A stretch of DNA of 28,331 nt, from contig JBEGVZ010000080.1 in assembly GCA_041178085.1 (NCBI GenBank), positions 1-28,331 of the forward strand. The letters run 5' to 3'. Origin of the DNA: Pseudomonadota bacterium. Its GTDB lineage: Bacteria > Bdellovibrionota_B > Oligoflexia > Oligoflexales > RGVZ01. The notes beneath the pieces are model-generated. The model was not told where the DNA came from. It saw nothing but the letters and a program-made list of their open reading frames with translations, and searched no databases. The position numbers and the translations under genes are program-made. Below, one piece after another: positions 25,852 to 28,331 of this stretch. Each line of letters begins with the position of its first letter. Positions within the stretch are counted from its first letter, which is position 1.

Positions 25852-26625
25852 ATGCTCAAGATTTCTGACTTGAAAGCCAAAGTTGCTGACACGGAGAAGG
25901 AAATCCTCCGCGGACTGGACCTGGTTGTCAACGAAGGCGAAGTCCACGCCATCATGGGACCAAACGGATCCGGGAAAAGCACGCTCAGCAAGATATTGGC
26001 CGGCCACCCGGACTATGAGGTCACAGGCGGCACGGTGAATCTTGATGTCAACTTCCGGGCCAGGAACCTGCTCGAGATGGAACCTGAAGAGCGCGCCCGC
26101 AACGGCGTCTTCCTTGCCTATCAATACCCGGTTGAAATCCCGGGCGTCTCCAACGCCGAATTCCTGCGTGCTTCGTTCAACGCGATTTGCAAGGCACAGG
26201 GCGCTGACGAGATGGACCCCCTTGAGTTTGACGACTTTCTGAAAACAAAGCTGAAGTTCCTGGACATGAGCGAGTCGTTCATCAACCGGGCGGTCAACGT
26301 TGATTTTTCGGGCGGAGAGAAAAAACGCAACGAGATCCTGCAAATGGCCGTCTTGAAGCCGCGCCTTGCCATCCTGGACGAAACCGATTCCGGTCTTGAC
26401 GTTGACAGCCTCCGGATTGTCTCAGAGGGTGTCAACAAGCTGCGTAGCAAGGACAACGCGATTGTCCTTATCACCCACTACCAGCGCATCCTGAACCATA
26501 TCGTTCCGGACCACGTTCATGTCCTCTACAAGGGCAAGATCATCAAGTCGGGCGACAAGACACTGGCCCTTGAAATTGAAGAAAACGGCTACGACCGCAT
26601 CATCCGGGAACATAACCAGGCATGA
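25852..26625 (+). CDS. sufC: Fe-S cluster assembly ATPase SufC
   Basis: HAIMGPNGSGKST, QYPVEIPGV, FSGGEKKRNEILQ, LDETDSGLD, ITHYQR. Confidence 0.98.
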   Translation: MLKISDLKAKVADTEKEILRGLDLVVNEGEVHAIMGPNGSGKSTLSKILAGHPDYEVTGGTVNLDVNFRARNLLEMEPEERARNGVFLAYQYPVEIPGVSNAEFLRASFNAICKAQGADEMDPLEFDDFLKTKLKFLDMSESFINRAVNVDFSGGEKKRNEILQMAVLKPRLAILDETDSGLDVDSLRIVSEGVNKLRSKDNAIVLITHYQRILNHIVPDHVHVLYKGKIIKSGDKTLALEIEENGYDRIIREHNQA

Positions 26626-28010
26626 CCAGCACGACCCAGAGTTTTATCGATTCGCTCAGCAAGGCGCGCGACGCGTTTGCCGGGGGACCGGATTGGCTGC
26701 AAGGGTTGAGGGGCAAAGCCTGGACGGATGCCGTTGCGAGTGGTCTGCCAACCACCCGCCATGAGTCCTTCAAGTTCACCAGCCTGCGCCCACTTGCAGC
26801 AATGGAAGCCCTCCTGGCAGAAACGGCCCCCTGGGAGCTTCTCAGTGATTATCAGGCCAATCAGCTGCGCGATCTTTTGGATCCCGCCGCGCTGAACCTG
26901 ATTTTTGTCGATGGAGTATTCGCTCATGAACTCTCGGGAGCAGGCCCTGAAGTCAGCGCAGAGGATGCCGCTGCGCTGACGCGTCAACTGCACGTTGAGG
27001 ATCTTTTGAACGCCCTGCAAGGCACTGGCGGACAACAAGTCAAAGCCGCACTGGACCGGCTGGCTGCAGCACGCAAAGACCTGCCCGTTCCGCTGGCGTT
27101 TGTCGCTCCCCAAGAGCATACCCTCGCCAACCTGAACCTTGCCTTTTTGCGCGATGGCGCTGTTATCCGGGTTGATCGCGGCAGCGAAATCAAGACCAGT
27201 GTCCGCCTGATCCACTGCCAGTCGGGCCGCGCCAATACCACTTTCAACCGTGTGATTGTCCTGGTGGAAGACTCCGCTCAGATCCAACTGACGGAATGCC
27301 ACCTTGGTACAGAAGCCAAACAGGGTGGCATAGTAGCCTTTGCGGCCGCCGACCTCCACATGGGTGCAAATAGCCGTGTGCGTCACTTGCGCCTCATCAG
27401 CCAGCAGGCCAACCTGCACTTCAGCCAGGTCAACGCAGTAGTTCCGGCGAGCGCTGCCTATCACGCGCTTACACTGAACCTGTCCGCGCGTATCAGCCGG
27501 CAGGAAGCCGCGGTTATGGTCACTGGCGAAGGGGCTGATGTCGTACTCGACAGCCTGGCAACTTCCAATGGGGATCAGGTGCTCGACACCCAGTCCATCA
27601 TCGACCACCGTGTCCCCCACACGACCAGTCGCCAGCTGCACAAGAGCCTGCTCAAAGACAGGTCCAAGTCCGTCTTTTCCGGCAAAATTTTTGTCCGCAA
27701 GGATGCACAAAAGACCGCCGCCTTCCAACAATCCCGTTCGTTGCTTTTGAGCAACGATGCAGAGGTCGATGCCAAGCCACAGCTGGAAATCGAAGCGGAC
27801 GATGTGCGCTGTTCCCACGGAGCAACTGTCGCTCAGCTGAATCCTGATGAAATGTTCTATCTGCGCAGCCGCGGTATCCCCAAGGCAAAGGCGGAAGCCA
27901 TGCTGTGCGACGCCTTTGCAGCGGAAATCTGCCAAAGCGCAGGGGACGCCTGGTTTGAACGCCTTGCCAAACGAGAGCTTGAGAAATTCTTTGCTGGGGG
28001 CCAGGGATGA
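26622..28010 (+). CDS. sufD: Fe-S cluster assembly protein SufD
   Basis: PTTRHESFKFT, IDHRVPHTTSRQLHK, VFSGKIFV, KPQLEIEADDVRCSHGAT, FYLRSRGI. Confidence 0.95.
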   Translation: MTSTTQSFIDSLSKARDAFAGGPDWLQGLRGKAWTDAVASGLPTTRHESFKFTSLRPLAAMEALLAETAPWELLSDYQANQLRDLLDPAALNLIFVDGVFAHELSGAGPEVSAEDAAALTRQLHVEDLLNALQGTGGQQVKAALDRLAAARKDLPVPLAFVAPQEHTLANLNLAFLRDGAVIRVDRGSEIKTSVRLIHCQSGRANTTFNRVIVLVEDSAQIQLTECHLGTEAKQGGIVAFAAADLHMGANSRVRHLRLISQQANLHFSQVNAVVPASAAYHALTLNLSARISRQEAAVMVTGEGADVVLDSLATSNGDQVLDTQSIIDHRVPHTTSRQLHKSLLKDRSKSVFSGKIFVRKDAQKTAAFQQSRSLLLSNDAEVDAKPQLEIEADDVRCSHGATVAQLNPDEMFYLRSRGIPKAKAEAMLCDAFAAEICQSAGDAWFERLAKRELEKFFAGGQG

Positions 28011-28331
28011 GCCTTGATCTGCAAAAAATACGCGAAGATTTCCCGGTTCTTTCGCGCAAGGTGCGGGACGGCAAGGCGCTGGTGTATCTGGACAACGCCG
28101 CCACCACCCTGAAGCCAAGACCGGTCCTTGATGCCGTCTATAACCACTACGCTTATGGCGCGTCGAATATTCACCGGGGCGTCCACTTCCTGAGTGAAGA
28201 AGCGACGCGTCTTTACGAAGGCGCCCGCGAAACCGTACGTCGCTTCATCAATGCCGACGAGGCCAGCGAAGTGATTTTCACTTCTGGCACCACGGCGGCC
28301 ATCAACCTGGTTTCAAGAAGCTGGGGGCCGA
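28007..28331 (+). CDS. sufS: Cysteine desulfurase SufS (5' part only; runs off the right edge)
   Basis: My translation: MSLDLQKIREDFPVL..VYLDNAATTLKP..NIHRGVH..YEGARETVRRFINA..EVIFTSGTT..INLV. ATGA overlap with sufD. Confidence 0.95.
   Translation, partial: MSLDLQKIREDFPVLSRKVRDGKALVYLDNAATTLKPRPVLDAVYNHYAYGASNIHRGVHFLSEEATRLYEGARETVRRFINADEASEVIFTSGTTAAINLVSRSWGP

Noticed and set aside
23957..28118. Long antisense ORFs (23957..24886, 24956..25660, 26589..28118; likewise 11538..12431, 13316..14233, 20450..21106)
   Set aside because: Shadow ORFs of GC-rich, codon-biased real genes, with no recognisable motifs.
1..28331. tRNA, rRNA or CRISPR elements
   Set aside because: None recognised; intergenic gaps are short and lack the signatures.

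Overview
Bacterial chromosomal window, GC-rich, with gene content suggesting a Bdellovibrionota/Oligoflexia-like or related deltaproteobacterial organism (inference only). Left to right: (1) a frameshifted IS91-like HUH/Y2 transposase running off the left edge; (2) an AAA_14/DUF4143-type ATPase bracketed by a 104-bp direct repeat that duplicates the transposase 5' end; (3) seven overlapping genes joining the mevalonate pathway (IDI-2 with an extra N-terminal domain, class II HMG-CoA reductase, PMK, MVD, MVK, but no HMG-CoA synthase) to futalosine menaquinone genes mqnD and mqnE, with MqnE fused to a ~320-aa degenerate, apparently Fe-S-less radical-SAM-like domain; (4) a small membrane protein, DedA and a DEDDh exonuclease; (5) a GAF/HD-GYP phosphodiesterase, aat and a hotdog-fold gene; (6) a BCCT transporter plus a DddP-like M24 enzyme, a candidate DMSP uptake/cleavage cassette; (7) an alpha/beta hydrolase and a PD40-PA-M28-PDZ peptidase; (8) an IscR-like regulator with two candidate boxes and sufBCD plus partial sufS. 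All calls come from motif recognition by eye; no database searches were run.
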